This document shows, in pieces, positions 43,822 through 58,080 of a stretch of DNA of 64,000 nt. This DNA is from Eledone cirrhosa (Eukaryota), in assembly GCA_964016885.1 (NCBI GenBank), contig OZ024745.1:107198001-107262000 (forward strand). The letters run 5' to 3'. Both the position numbers and the translations under genes were made by a program. How positions within the stretch are numbered: the first letter of the stretch is position 1; each line of letters begins with the position of its first letter. The notes under the pieces are model-generated. The model saw only the letters and a list, made by a program, of their open reading frames with translations. It had not been told where the DNA came from and searched no databases.

Positions 43822-44165
43822 GAGATAAATGGCTTACATCGCAAAATAATACAGCTGTCAGCAAAAAGATTGACAACTACGAAGACATGCTAACCACTTC
43901 AAACATGAAAGGTGAGATGGTACGGTCACATGATAAGATCTGATAGAATGACCAGGACCGCTCTTCAAGGAACAGTCCAGTCCAGGGAAAAAGAGGGCAA
44001 GGAGGTCCGAAGAAGAAATCAGCGGATAATATTAAAGAATGGACAAGTAAGGACATGGCAACAACCAATTTCCTGACTTACAACAGAGATAGGAAGAGGG
44101 AGATGGCATACTACTGAACACCGCAGCATTCCCGGGATACTGGAGGGTGAAGTGAAAAGTGAGTG
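43822..44165 (+). mobile_element. Old RTE C-terminal fragment (different family)
   Basis: VRWYGHMIRSD..TALQGTV..GKRGQGGPKKKSADNIKEWT. Confidence 0.7.
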
Positions 44166-44981
44166 AATGTTATGGAGACTGGGGGGTTTTGCTACTAGCT
44201 AAACGTTCGCTCTTGAATTAACCTAAATGCATTCATGGTATATATTCTATCAACTCCTATTTCTTTCTTTACTTATATGTTTATTGTTTATTTATTCATT
44301 GATGTAGATCGTCTAACATCAGCTCATTATGTATATTTATGTCTCATTTTCTGAACAATTATGTCGTTGATTACAGATTTGCAACGTGCCAATCATTAGC
44401 TCATTGCATTTACTATGGCACAGCAGTGTCTGTGAAGCTCGAGTTCTTCTCGGTCAGAGCTGACCTGAAGCTAAGCAACAACAGCCTAATTGGATACAAG
44501 GAAACTATATACAAACAAACAAGAACAAAACATGTGTTTGCTTGAATTAATGATAAATGCAGCTTTTATAAGAATCGAAAGCGAAATAAATTCGTCTTGG
44601 GACGACTACTTAGCGAATAGCAGTAAATAAATTGAATAGAAATGGTAAATAAGAAGATATTGTGAAGGCAATGCTTTCAGATAGATTTTTCATCGTGTTA
44701 TTTTGTTTTGTTTCTTCGCTTTACGGTTTTCCTTCTTGGTTAATATACAAAACAGAATTTGAGAAACAACTTTATCTCGGAGCCTTACTTTGGAGAGGGA
44801 TCATCCTTTGAAATTTAATACCGCTAAGAGGTTTCCAACACGCGTGACTTTAACCGAAACCACTAGATTTCCTTTTCACTTACTTTCTCCCTTTCCTTCT
44901 CTCTTACATTTTGTCCAATTCAATTTATTCCGAAATACCAATATCTTCTTCGGGGAATTCTTATTTGTCTTATATATATAT

Positions 44982-45265
<284 letters not shown>

Positions 45266-45266
45266 G

Positions 45267-45297
<31 letters not shown>

Positions 45298-45310
45298 GTA
45301 TATATATATG

Positions 45311-45480
<170 letters not shown>

Positions 45481-45517
45481 TATATACATATATATACATA
45501 TATATATATATATATAC

Positions 45518-45624
<107 letters not shown>

Positions 45625-45743
45625 GTATGTATATATGTTTGTATATATATGTATGTATAAATGTGTTTGTGTGTGAGTGAGTGTGTTTGTGTGTGTGTCT
45701 TTGAGTGCGTGTGTGTGTTTATGTGTGTGTGTGTATGCGTGTT

Positions 45744-45836
<93 letters not shown>

Positions 45837-46246
45837 ATGTGTGTGTATATAAACAACCGATCTTTAGTAAGTGGCATCGGTTGGAAGATTTGTAGTTGGA
45901 GAAAAAGAAAGAGAGATATGTTTCAGAAAAACTGGTCGGTGTCAACGATAGGTTGGGTGGGTCATTGTATAAGATGGCGATGGGGCCAACGTGTTGATGC
46001 GGCAGGAGCGAAGATGTGATTATGTTGCCAAAGGAAATGTGATAATATGTTGCTTAGGAAGGTCAGTTTTGATAACATTTCAATTAATAGCCTTGTAGGA
46101 GATTTTACCATTTAGCTTAGAACGGCGCTCTTCCTATTCATCCTCCCCCTCATCACCATCATAAACACCACCACATACTACCCTTTCGTCTTCAACATCG
46201 CCGTCTTCTCTATTTAAACATTATAACAGCATAATTGAATATAAAC

Positions 46247-46339
46247 CTGAATTGTTCTGTATTTGGTAAAGGAATCGTCGACAAATACTCATAGAATTCT
46301 GGATCGATTTCTTTTGCATTTCATAATTATTAAATATAG
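46247..46339 (-). CDS. Possible host exon (AIFNNYEMQKKSIQNSMSICRRFLYQIQNNS)
   Basis: 93 nt, phase 1/1 fits 47299-47425; weak splice sites (aag / gtttat). Confidence 0.25.
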
Positions 46340-47298
46340 CTTTTGTTTCAAACAAGTAATGGATACAGATTATGATGAAAAGTGTAAAGTAACGTATAAT
46401 TGGTATTGGAATAACAGGCACCCTCTGGAGTTTTTAACGTACTTCTTACAGTAAAGAACTGGAATATTATATTGCCATTTTTACTCATGAACCTTCCGAT
46501 CACTTGATACAGTACAGTCTTCGAGTGGTGCTCGGTAGATACAAAGATAAGAATGTTTCAGAAATGAATATTTACTTCGGTTCTAAAATACTAAGCATGG
46601 ACAACGGTGCCGCAGTTCAATGTCTTTATTGACAGCGTGGTTTTGTTGTTGTGAAGTAGTGTATTCAGGAAAAGGCTACGTGCAGACCGCACATGTGAAT
46701 CGAAAGGAAATACGCCACCATCAGTACCACTAATATTGGTTCTAAACTCACAAGCAAATATAATTTTCGCAATAGGCGATTCTCATTGCCACCTTAAATG
46801 AATGAAACATTGTAACATTTGTTACTTGATGTACACAATAACGGGATGGTTATGGCTACATAGTATATTAGCATGGCTATACTAGATCATAGACAACTTA
46901 GAGATTAACAGAAATAATAACAGTTATACTACGACATACAACGAGAAAATTTGTAAAGAAACCACGAAAATGAACCACAACTATCGTGGATAATCCATTC
47001 GGATTATGACGTTGACCCTCTCTATACATTAGTTCTACCAAGGCCATCATCTGTATGTAAATGCGATAAACGACAAATACGAGAAGGACTGATCTGAGAA
47101 CAAGCCAAACATAAATGAGGAATTGTATTTTACTTCAAAATGTTGTATACAATTGAGGGTAACACTTAATAAATGTAGCAGGTGTTTCAGTTGTTTTTCT
47201 AATGTTTTATAAGACCACAGCATTAAATAGAGACCTCTGTTAACTCATCACAGAGCAATATTCTCCTCACGTGGAACACTTCAATACGGATTACGTAC

Positions 47299-47425
47299 CT
47301 ATTCCACCGGAGAGTGCGTTAATGACTTCAGGAACTGGATTGCGGCAATTGTCTTCAAAAGATTTAGACATCACCCACGAAAGAAGATGGGAGTCAAAAT
47401 CAACCGACGGGATTAAACGGACATA
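47299..47425 (-). CDS. Host exon (YVRLIPSVDFDSHLLSWVMSKSFEDNCRNPVPEVINALSGGI)
   Basis: tttacatccttttacag acceptor, TAG|gtacgt donor, only one open frame. Confidence 0.55.
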
Positions 47426-47533
47426 CTGTAAAAGGATGTAAATAAATAAAATACAAGACAGTTTCGTTCTTTGCAATGTCCATTCCACGCTCACACACAT
47501 ATCTTGTATATACATATATATAGTTTTCCTCAC

Positions 47534-47656
47534 TAAGCATGGAAAAGCTTGAAACTGTACTACGTAGGTTTTGAACTTAGTTATACACGGCTGGATCAAA
47601 TCGCATATAAACCAGCTCAATCGTGTATTTGTGTACGAAGATGTGATTAAACCCCG
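47534..47656 (-). CDS. Host exon (RGLITSSYTNTRLSWFICDLIQPCITKFKTYVVQFQAFPCL), Tudor-like
   Basis: ttctttgcag acceptor, gtgagg donor, 123 nt phase 0/0, 108-nt intron to next exon. Confidence 0.5.
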
Positions 47657-48118
47657 CTGCAAAGAATCGTGCCCCAAAGCACCGTATTACAGTATATATA
47701 TATATATATATATAGTATATGTAACACATATGCACATATATGCGCATATGTATATGTATGGTTTCTGTTTAAATACACAAGTCGGTGCTGCTCTCTAAAT
47801 CTTTTTATTTACTTATTTTTTCCGAAAAAAAAAAAAAACAGATCGAGGGTGTTTCTGAAAGACAGAGTGTCTTATAATGAGTTTTATAAACAGCAATAAT
47901 ACAGATTAGGCTGGGAAATATCTCTGAATACACTTGACACGTCGGAGTAAATGACAGCCTTTCTTAAAACAACAAATAGCCAAACGAAACGAAAATAAAT
48001 ACTGGTAGTAACACAAAAATTGAAATTTTCATTTAGTTTCTGAGAAAGCAGGAGCTGTGCTCACACTCTGTTTTTCTCTCTCCCTCTCTCTGTATATGTA
48101 TAAAATTCCTTCTGTATT

Positions 48119-48223
<105 letters not shown>

Positions 48224-48253
48224 ACTCTCTCTCACTCTCTCTCTTTCTCTCTT

Positions 48254-48287
<34 letters not shown>

Positions 48288-48560
48288 TGTATGTATGTAT
48301 GTATGTATGTATGTATGTATCTATGTATGTATGTATGTATGTATGTATGTATGTATGTATGTATGTATGTATGTATGTATATACATGCATGTCTATATAT
48401 ATGTGTGAGTCGGCATCTGTCAAAATATATATATGTGCGTTCGTATGTGTATGTTGTGTATATCTGTGAATCTGCAAGAGTGTCAATTGGAATGTATGTT
48501 TGTGCATGTATGTATGTATGTATGTATGTATGTATGTATGTATGTATGTATGTATGTATG

Positions 48561-48605
<45 letters not shown>

Positions 48606-48864
48606 ATGTGTGTGAGTGTGTGTATGTATGTATGTGTGTATGTATGTATATATATATATATATATATATACATACATACACACATACATACATACACACA
48701 CACATATATATATATATATATGTGTGTGTGTGTATATATATATATGTGTGTGTGTGTGTGTATATATATATATGTATGTATGTATGTATATATATGTATG
48801 TATGTGTATGTATGTATGTATGTATATATATATATACATATATATGTGTGTGTATATATGTATG

Positions 48865-48921
<57 letters not shown>

Positions 48922-49112
48922 ATATATATATATGTATGTATGTGTATGTATGTGTGTGTTTATGTGCGAGTGTATGTACGATAGGGTACCATAAACACAA
49001 CTTTGAAGAAAGCAGACTGTAAATACAATACTTATTTTCAATGCAGTCGTTATAGCAAGAACAGATGTAATTTCGTTGAGTTTTGAAGCGATAAAAATAG
49101 CAGAAGGTTTAC

Positions 49113-49162
49113 ATGAAAGATCCCATCTGGGCCATTAAATGGTACTAGCATCGTGGAATATT
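49113..49162 (-). CDS. Host exon ([16 protein letters not shown])
   Basis: cttcttattgtatttag acceptor, gtaaac donor; ends phase 0 to give PDGIFH|RGLI. Confidence 0.4.
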
Positions 49163-49406
49163 CTAAATACAATAAGAAGCAAATACATGTGGTAGGGGAT
49201 AAGGAGTGGCTTAGGCGGTGAGTGAAAGTGACAAGAAAAGGAGCACTGAGAGTATATTTAAAAGAAATAGAAAAAGAACGGACCAATGCGTGTCTGTTTT
49301 CTGAGGAACTCAGACACACAGACGAACATATGTACGCATACACATATATATATACATACATACATATATGTATATATATATGTATATATATATATATGTA
49401 TATATG

Positions 49407-49553
<147 letters not shown>

Positions 49554-49554
49554 T

Positions 49555-49604
<50 letters not shown>

Positions 49605-49742
49605 TATATATATACATATACACACATATATATATATATACATATACACATATATATATATATATATATATACATATACACACACACATATATTGGCAAC
49701 ATGACCCTCCCAAAGTATAACAATATATATATATATATGTGC

Positions 49743-49923
<181 letters not shown>

Positions 49924-49934
49924 TATATACATAT

Positions 49935-49989
<55 letters not shown>

Positions 49990-50018
49990 CACATATATAT
50001 ATATATACATATACATAT

Positions 50019-50099
<81 letters not shown>

Positions 50100-50300
50100 T
50101 ATATACATGTATGTGCATTTATGTTTGCGTGAGTGTGTTTGCATATATCTGTCTGTGTGTGAATAATACTTACTTATTTTTGTTTATATGCAGTTGTCTT
50201 TGAAAACGTGTCTGTATATGTATACACATATATACATCCCCGCATGCACATATAGATATACACACACACACACACGTACACACACACGCGCACATATATA

Positions 50301-50338
<38 letters not shown>

Positions 50339-50507
50339 CTAATTGGTTGAACTGATTAATTGATATATGGCAAAGTTGTAACCGATAACGTTGCCTCTGA
50401 ATAGGGAATAGAAATAATTCAGTTGCAAACACATAAACCTACGAACACTCAAGGGTGGGCACACATAGACTTACATATATACATACATATATACATATAT
50501 ACATACA

Positions 50508-51170
50508 TGATGGTGGCTCCCTCGTTATCGAGTATGGCCATTGCACAAATATATACCATTATTAATAATTATTAATTAATTCTATCGTGCAATGCCTGTG
50601 CGTGAAGATATTTTTTAAAGTGAGGAGAGACTGTGCACTGAGCCAATCCCACTCTCTGAGCGACAGTAGCCATAACCGGAAAAGAAGAAAAGATCAACAT
50701 CATCGGTAACTACTGAGGCGCAGGTTTTATATCGGAGTTATCCCAGTTTCCTGAGTTGCCTTCTCCTAGAAGAATGCTCTGACATAGGCTAGGGATCCTT
50801 CACTATGTATGTACATACATACATACATACATGGTGGCTGCCAACTCGTTTTCGAGTACGGCCACTACTTTATATCCATGTAGGAGAACCCCTACCGATG
50901 TGCTGAACGAGTGTGACTTTTTAGTCCAGCTAGCGACTTGAAAACTCTGGTACAAACACTACACTTGTGACAATTATTGACACATAGTGCTCGGCCCATG
51001 GGACCATGTGACGACAAGTGCAGAGAGATCTCCAGATATAAAGCAATGCCTGTGCCGTGAAGCTTTTATAGTGAGCAAAGGCACTGCACAAAGCCAGTCC
51101 CACTCTCTTAAACAAGATGATATTTACCAAAAAGAAGAACAAGTCAACATCATTGGATACCATCAGGGTT
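50508..51170 (-). repeat. Two related non-coding retroposon-like repeats (50508-50805 diverged; 50831-51170)
   Basis: Shared TGGTGGCT..CTCGTT.TCGAGTA.GGCCA end; the first has CTAGGAGAAGGCAACTC resembling RTE 5' UTRs. Confidence 0.6.
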
Positions 51171-51180
51171 GCAGAATACA

Positions 51181-51213
<33 letters not shown>

Positions 51214-51268
51214 TCATACATATATACATACATGCCTACTTGAATTTATATATATATATATTTATTTA

Positions 51269-51323
51269 TAGTTATGTAATAAACAACATAAGGCAATTAT
51301 TCCATTTACCAGTGGTTTCTTAA
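51269..51323 (-). repeat. Truncated copy of the 9185-9415 hammerhead element
   Basis: TAGTTATGTAATAAA..CATTTACCAGTGGTTTCTT shared. Confidence 0.75.
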
Positions 51324-51354
51324 AAGCAAAAGATTTATTTATATATATATTTTT

Positions 51355-51460
<106 letters not shown>

Positions 51461-51647
51461 GTATATGTATATATATATATGTATATTTATATATATATGT
51501 ATATATATATATTGGAATAAATGCTCTGAAATAGCGATATATATGTGAATATAGACATAGAATATTCGAAAATATTCTGTATGTTTATAATAAACATTTT
51601 GAAGACCTAATCGCTATAGAATAGAATACGTCACGTATTACAATTAT

Positions 51648-51736
51648 ATTCTCGATAAAAGCAAGGGAAGTAATCTACGCGTTTCATTCTTGTTAGAAAT
51701 CATCAGGACCACATATCCAGTGCTTTTATCGAGAAT
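51648..51736 (-). ncRNA. Hammerhead, retrozyme unit 1
   Basis: Reverse complement of 52157-52245. Confidence 0.85.
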
Positions 51737-51957
51737 GACACAGCTAGAGACTTATAGAATACTTAGCTGTGTACAGGAACTGGTTTGAAAGAGCGGTTGC
51801 CGGTCCGGCAGAAATTAGAAATTGGAATAAATGCTCTGAAATAGCGATATATATGTGAATATAGACATAGAATATTCGAAAATATTCTGTATGTTTATAA
51901 TAAACATTTTGAAGACCTAATCGCTATAGAATAGAATACGTCACGTATTACAATTAT

Positions 51958-52046
51958 ATTCTCGATAAAAGCAAGGGAAGTAATCTACGCGTTTCATTCT
52001 TGTTAGAAATCATCAAGACCACATATCCAGTGCTTTTATCGAGAAT
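51958..52046 (-). ncRNA. Hammerhead, retrozyme unit 2 (C3U core mutation)
   Basis: TTGATGA instead of CTGATGA. Confidence 0.75.
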
Positions 52047-52156
52047 GACACAGCTAGAGACTTATAGAATACTTAGCTGTGTACAGGAACTGGTTTGAAA
52101 GAGCGGTTGCCGGTTCCTGTACACAGCTAAGTATTCTATAAGTCTCTAGCTGTGTC

Positions 52157-52245
52157 ATTCTCGATAAAAGCACTGGATATGTGGTCCTGATGATTTCTAA
52201 CAAGAATGAAACGCGTAGATTACTTCCCTTGCTTTTATCGAGAAT
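52157..52245 (+). ncRNA. Hammerhead, retrozyme unit 3
   Basis: ATTCTCGATAAAAGCA..GTGGTC-CTGATGA-tTTCT aaca AGAAt-GAAA-CGCG-TA^GATTAC..TGCTTTTATCGAGAAT. Confidence 0.85.
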
Positions 52246-52466
52246 ATAATTGTAATACGTGACGTATTCTATTCTATAGCGATTAGGTCTTCAAAATGTT
52301 TATTATAAACATACAGAATATTTTCGAATATTCTATGTCTATATTCACATATATATCGCTATTTCAGAGCATTTATTCCAATTTCTAATTTCTGCCGGAC
52401 CGGCAACCGCTCTTTCAAACCAGTTCCTGTACACAGCTAAGTATTCTATAAGTCTCTAGCTGTGTC

Positions 52467-52555
52467 ATTCTCGATAAAAGCACTGGATATGTGGTCCTGA
52501 TGATTTCTAACAAGAATGAAACGCGTAGATTACTTCCCTTGCTTTTATCGAGAAT
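52467..52555 (+). ncRNA. Hammerhead, retrozyme unit 4
   Basis: Identical to unit 3. Confidence 0.85.
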
Positions 52556-52776
52556 ATAATTGTAATACGTGACGTATTCTATTCTATAGCGATTAGGTCT
52601 TCAAAATGTTTATTATAAACATACAGAATATTTTCGAATATTCTATGTCTATATTCACATATATATCGCTATTTCAGAGCATTTATTCCAATTTCTAATT
52701 TCTGCCGGACCGGCAACCGCTCTTTCAAACCAGTTCCTGTACACAGCTAAGTATTCTATAAGTCTCTAGCTGTGTC

Positions 52777-52865
52777 ATTCTCGATAAAAGCACTGGATAT
52801 GTGGTCCTGATGATTTCTAACAAGAATGAAACGCGTAGATTACTTCCCTTGCTTTTATCGAGAAT
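52777..52865 (+). ncRNA. Hammerhead, retrozyme unit 5
   Basis: Identical to unit 3. Confidence 0.85.
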
Positions 52866-52989
52866 ATAATTGTAATACGTGACGTATTCTATTCTATAGC
52901 GATTAGGTCTTCAAAATGTTTATTATAAACATACAGAATATTTTCGAATATTCTATGTCTATATTCATATATATATATGTATATATATA

Positions 52990-53044
<55 letters not shown>

Positions 53045-53105
53045 CAAGTAAGTATGTTTTGAAACAGTGAGCAGGTTTGAATTTAGAAAATAGAATAGCT
53101 TTCAC

Positions 53106-53330
53106 CGTATTTTTGACTAAAGGAATTTTAGCCTGATAATGGGGTTTCGAACCCTCAGATAAATTGAAAAAGATGAGGATGGGTCATATGTTGGTGTAAT
53201 GGTAGCACATTGGTCGCGATAACTACAGATGTGGGTTCGACTCCCACGTACGTCAATACTCATCTTTTTCCATTCATCTGAGGGTTCTAAACCCCATTAT
53301 CAGACTAAAATTCCTTTAGTCAAAAATACG
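53106..53330 (+). mobile_element. tRNA-like Pol III cassette enclosed by 75-bp inverted repeats
   Basis: Arms 53106-53180 and 53256-53330; A box TGGTGTAATGG 53192-53202, B box GGTTCGACTCC 53234-53244. Confidence 0.75.
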
Positions 53331-54320
53331 ATCTCACCCGACTCTGTAATCTGCGGCTCGTCGGACCCCTTGAAATGTTAGTAGAAAACATATATATATG
53401 TATTTAACTATAACACGTTCGAACTTTATTATATAAAATTATAACCGTTATCATTTACCTAACGTATACTGTATCAATAATACCTAATTTATAACCATAT
53501 ATACCTCCCTGTATCTTTCTATACATAATTTTTAGTTAACTTCTAAAATTCTTGATTATTATTTATTTCGAACTATGAATAATTAATGCATTTACACCCT
53601 GTTATATATAGGTATATATTTAACTTTAGCATGCCTCAATCTATTATTTTATTTTTATTTTCGTTATCCTTTACCTAACATATACTGGCTCATTAATATA
53701 TATCTATATATATAATCGTTATTTAAATATTTCTAACAATAAGTACTTCATAAGATTTACATACCATATATGTTGACGATGATTATCTTCGGTAAAGTTT
53801 ACATTCAGGAAAATATTCAACAGTGTAAACTTTCTTTCCGCTGGCCAGCTAAATCCTTTAAATATTATCCTCATAAAATTCCGAAGTTTAGAAATGTTAA
53901 CACACTTATAGAATTTACAAAACTAATAAATATAAATAACCAGCAATTTAAAAAAAAAAAAAAACTAAAATCTTGATTCTTCACCCTAAAATAGCATAAA
54001 TTAAATATTTTCAAACTTAACCGTTTAACTTTCGGAAAATCTCCTTCTACATATATTACCCCTTATTTTTCCCTCTCTATATATCCTATTCCAGTGGCTC
54101 TCGTTGACTGTTTTCCCAGATAAATTGTAGTATCATACATTTTAAAATCTCTATAACTGTTACATTAAGCAACGTTTTTCTTACTCAAACATACTCTATT
54201 GAATTTATTATGTTTTCGCATTTTCTCATTATTAGGGTATACATGTTAAACTTTCTCTTAGGTTAATAACTACCTTGATTAAATCTTAACCATTTAACAT
54301 CTCAGGGTATGTGATGTATC

Positions 54321-54383
54321 ATTATATTTTGTCTGATGAGGACGTACTGTTGTACATCCGAAATATGTATAATAAAATGTAAT
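54321..54383 (+). ncRNA. Type I hammerhead ribozyme
   Basis: ATTATATTTTGT-CTGATGA-GGAcGTAC/GTACaTCC-GAAA-TATGTA-TA^ATAAAATGTAAT. Confidence 0.75.
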
Positions 54384-54420
54384 TGATCAAAAGAACATCT
54401 ACTTTATTAATATTTAAATT

Positions 54421-54624
<204 letters not shown>

Positions 54625-54707
54625 ATATGTATATGTATAGATATGTGAGTCCCGGGTTCAATCTGAGTTAATTTAGTCCAGTAGATGCCATTTATATATT
54701 CAATGTG

Positions 54708-54829
<122 letters not shown>

Positions 54830-55107
54830 AGGTATGTGTGCGTGTGTGTGTGTGATATGCCTAACTGCCTCCAAATCTCACATGAACTATTTAATTCACA
54901 ACACATTCCTGTCATACTGTTGACCTTCTACAATACATATGCATGTTCTCGTTAATAGGCAAATAGCATATCACTTCCCATAAATTATTACCAATGGTAG
55001 GCAAACAACAGTAAATGATGTGTCTCACCAACCATTCTGAATATTTCTATATGTTGTATTTATAGTTGTGCTTGGTATTATTATTATTGTTATTATTATT
55101 AGTAGTA

Positions 55108-55300
55108 GGGTGGTGGATTGGCAGTATCAGTAGAGGGTCGGACGCCATGCTTTGACGCATAGAGTCACAGCCATTGCCATTCTGAGTTCAAATCCCGCCG
55201 AGGTTAACTTTGCCTTTCATCCTTACGGGGTCGATAAAATAAAGTACCAGTAATACACTGGATAATTGCTGGCCTTGTGCCAAAAGTAGAAACAATTATT
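55108..55300 (+). mobile_element. SINE in (TTA)n
   Basis: Matches in-window consensus. Confidence 0.9.
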
Positions 55301-55309
55301 ATTATTATT

Positions 55310-57740
55310 ATAGTTGCATTTATCTTGCTTTATGTTCATACGAGTTATCACCAAGTCACAACCAGTGACCTCAAGAGTCAACAAGGTCCGCCATGTTCAA
55401 GAAAAAAACATACATACACACATGCATCTTTAGGTGTTTAAACTTGTGATGCACGTATATTGACAGAATCTTCCTTAGTATAGGGGCAGTTCCCATTAGT
55501 ACTATCCTTTGAATTTCTTCTATACGCAGGTTTCCTGGGATTTTGGATAAGTAATCATTAGACCCCTTAGGTATCATTCCTAGAGTGCCCACAACCACTG
55601 GTATTATTTTATTTCTCAACTTCCAAATTTTTCCAATTTCTATCTCCAGGTCTTTATACTTGCTCAATTTTTCAAATGTTTTTATAGATACATTCTTGTC
55701 TATTGGAACGGATATATCAATTAGCAGGCATACCATCTTTTTAAAGTCCTTCAGTATTATATCAGGTTATTTGCATCTATCTTTCGGTCTGTTTGGATGC
55801 TAAAGTTCCACAAGATTGAGATGTGATCTTTTTCAAGTACGGGTGGTGGTTGATGATCCCACCAATTCTTTTGATGGCGCAGGTCAAAATGCTTACACAT
55901 TATCCAATGTATGTATTGTGCAGCTCTGTTGTGCCTGTTTAGGTATTCTGTTGGAGCTATAGGACTTCACATTGAAATTATATGATCAATGGTCTCTGGT
56001 CGTTTTTTACATACACGGCATAATGGGTTGCATCCATTTTTTATTATGTTGGCTTGATAATTTTCTGATGGCAGACACTGATGTTGTGCTGATATCAGTC
56101 CTTCAGTCTCCGATTTCAGTCTAGAGGAAACCAACCATTGATGGTTTAAAGTTTTGTCAACATCAGGATTGTTAGCTCTTTGTGGGTATTTTCCATACAG
56201 AGGCTTTTCTTGCCATTTCTTAGCCAGTTTCTGTAGCAGTTCTTTCTTTGCAGTTACTTTTACCTGCTTTGTTTTTTCTGTGTTTTTCATTTCAGCAGTA
56301 AATGGAACTTCTGAAACTTGTAGTTCATTACTGTATCTTTGTGCATCTTTTGTAAAGGAGTATGATCTTTTGATGCTTTCATGTTTCAAAACGAGTTTGA
56401 TCTTCCAATAATCTGATTCCCTTAGATATGTAGATAATCCAATTGTTGCAATTTTCAAAGCAATATCTAACTGGATTAACCCACATCCTCCTTCTTTCCT
56501 AGGGAGATATATTCTATCTGTATCTGCCTTAGTGTGTTGCATTTTGTGCATGGTTAAGAATTTTCTAATTTTTGTATCGAGCCTACGGATCTCTGTGCTT
56601 GACCAGTTGATGACATTGAAACTGTAGGTTACTACTGATATGGCAAGCGTGTTTATGGCATCGATCCTATTCCTTGCATTCATTTCCGTTCTTAAGATTG
56701 CTCTTACTCTGCGGTAACATTCCTTCCTTATCATTTCCCTCATTGTCGACTGCTTGATTCCGTCTCCTTCAAGTTCTCTTATCACATTCCCGCGATCAAG
56801 ATTAATGTCTGAAATTCTCAGCAGCTTTCCTCTGGTGAACGTGGCTTTGGCGCTTTATCTAGTCCAAACTGCATTTTAATGTCATCACTGAACTGCTTCA
56901 CAGTGGATAATAGCCCTTGCAATAGCTAATTTTTTTGGCAAATAATTTCAGGTCATCCATGTAGAACAAGTGATTAATGGTTTTGCATAGATTTTATATC
57001 CATGTTTTGTTTCATCGAGCATTTTACTTAATGGTATAAGTGCGATGCAGAATAAAAGCGGTGATAAAGAGTCACCCTGAAAAATTCCATAATTAATATT
57101 AACTTCTCCATCTTCCAGTGATTTTTTTTCACTATTCAAAATCAGTGTCGTTTACCATGTCTTCATACTGAATGACAGGAACCTCCTGACAACGGGAGAT
57201 ATTTTGAAAATCTCTAAACACTTTACAATCCAACTGTGTGGCAAACTATCGAATGCTTTTTTGTAATCCATCCAAGCAATTGATAGATTTTTGTGTCTAT
57301 TGTGACAATCTTCCAGTATCATTTTGGTGAACCAAAAGCTGATCTTTACAGCCATATGAGCCTCGTTTACACCCTTTCTGCTCATTGGGAAATAGATCAT
57401 TTGTTTTCAGGTGATCATATGTATATTCAGTTAGGACTGATGTTAAAATGTTATACATTGTGGTCAAGCAAGTTATCGGTTTGTAATTTTGGGGATTTTG
57501 TCTCATCATTCTTCGGAAGTAGGAATTTAATGCCGTTAACTAGTCATGATGGTATCTCTTTTGGCTCCTTAACTATTTCATTGTAAATTTGGGCTAACAG
57601 CTTATGAGACTCTGGCATTTATCCAAAAATTTGGTATTTTGTCTTTCCCTGGGGATTTCCATTTGCTGGATTTTCTAAGAGCTAAACGCAGATGTTCAAC
57701 TGTTTTATTTGCACTTCCTCCTTGGGTGGTATTGATTTAG
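55310..57740 (-). mobile_element. Dong/R4-clade non-LTR retrotransposon (RT + CCHC + restriction-like endonuclease), degenerate
   Basis: NYKPITCL, WMDYKKAFDS, GIFQGDSLSPLLFC, YMDDL, CRVC..ETIDHIIS, LIDISVP.D.N..K..EKLSKYKDLEIE; 3' end abuts (TAA)n. Confidence 0.85.
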
Positions 57741-57789
57741 CAGTTATTGCGAAAAAATGTTTGTCAGAGAAGTTGAGTGTTGCTATAAG

Positions 57790-58080
57790 GAAAAAATAGA
57801 ACCCCCATTAGGGTGTCTTAATATTATTGAAATTTGCTGAAATCTTGTGAATAGGCATCATATCTTGTCATTTACCTATGGTTTAAATTTCATATAAATC
57901 GAAGGGAAAACATGTTCAGCGGGGGTTTTGTGCCTCCGGGAAACCCTTTGATTAAAATGAAATATACGTATGAAATCAAATGGGCATGAGTCCCACACAC
58001 GTGTCAAGTTTCAAGATAGTTTTTGAGTTTTAGGTTCACAAACAAAGAAACAGACAGAAATTGCCATTTATGTATATAGA
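57790..58080 (-). mobile_element. Helitron-like 5' fragment
   Basis: A|TCTATATACATAAATGGCAATTTCTGTCTGTTTCTTTG...TGAAACTTGACAC, similar in layout to the 60236 element. Confidence 0.4.

Larger units (their letters stand above)
51511..52967. mobile_element. Retrozyme-like 310-bp tandem repeat with one hammerhead per unit, arranged as an inverted array
   Basis: Units at 51511 and 51821 (HHR on minus), then 52113, 52423 and 52733 (HHR on plus). Confidence 0.85.

Noticed and set aside
51511-52967. CRISPR array or simple satellite
   Set aside because: No unique spacers, 310-bp identical units and eukaryotic context; hammerhead content explains it better.
53184-53255. Functional tRNA gene
   Set aside because: Acceptor and anticodon stems pair poorly; treated as a tRNA-derived cassette.
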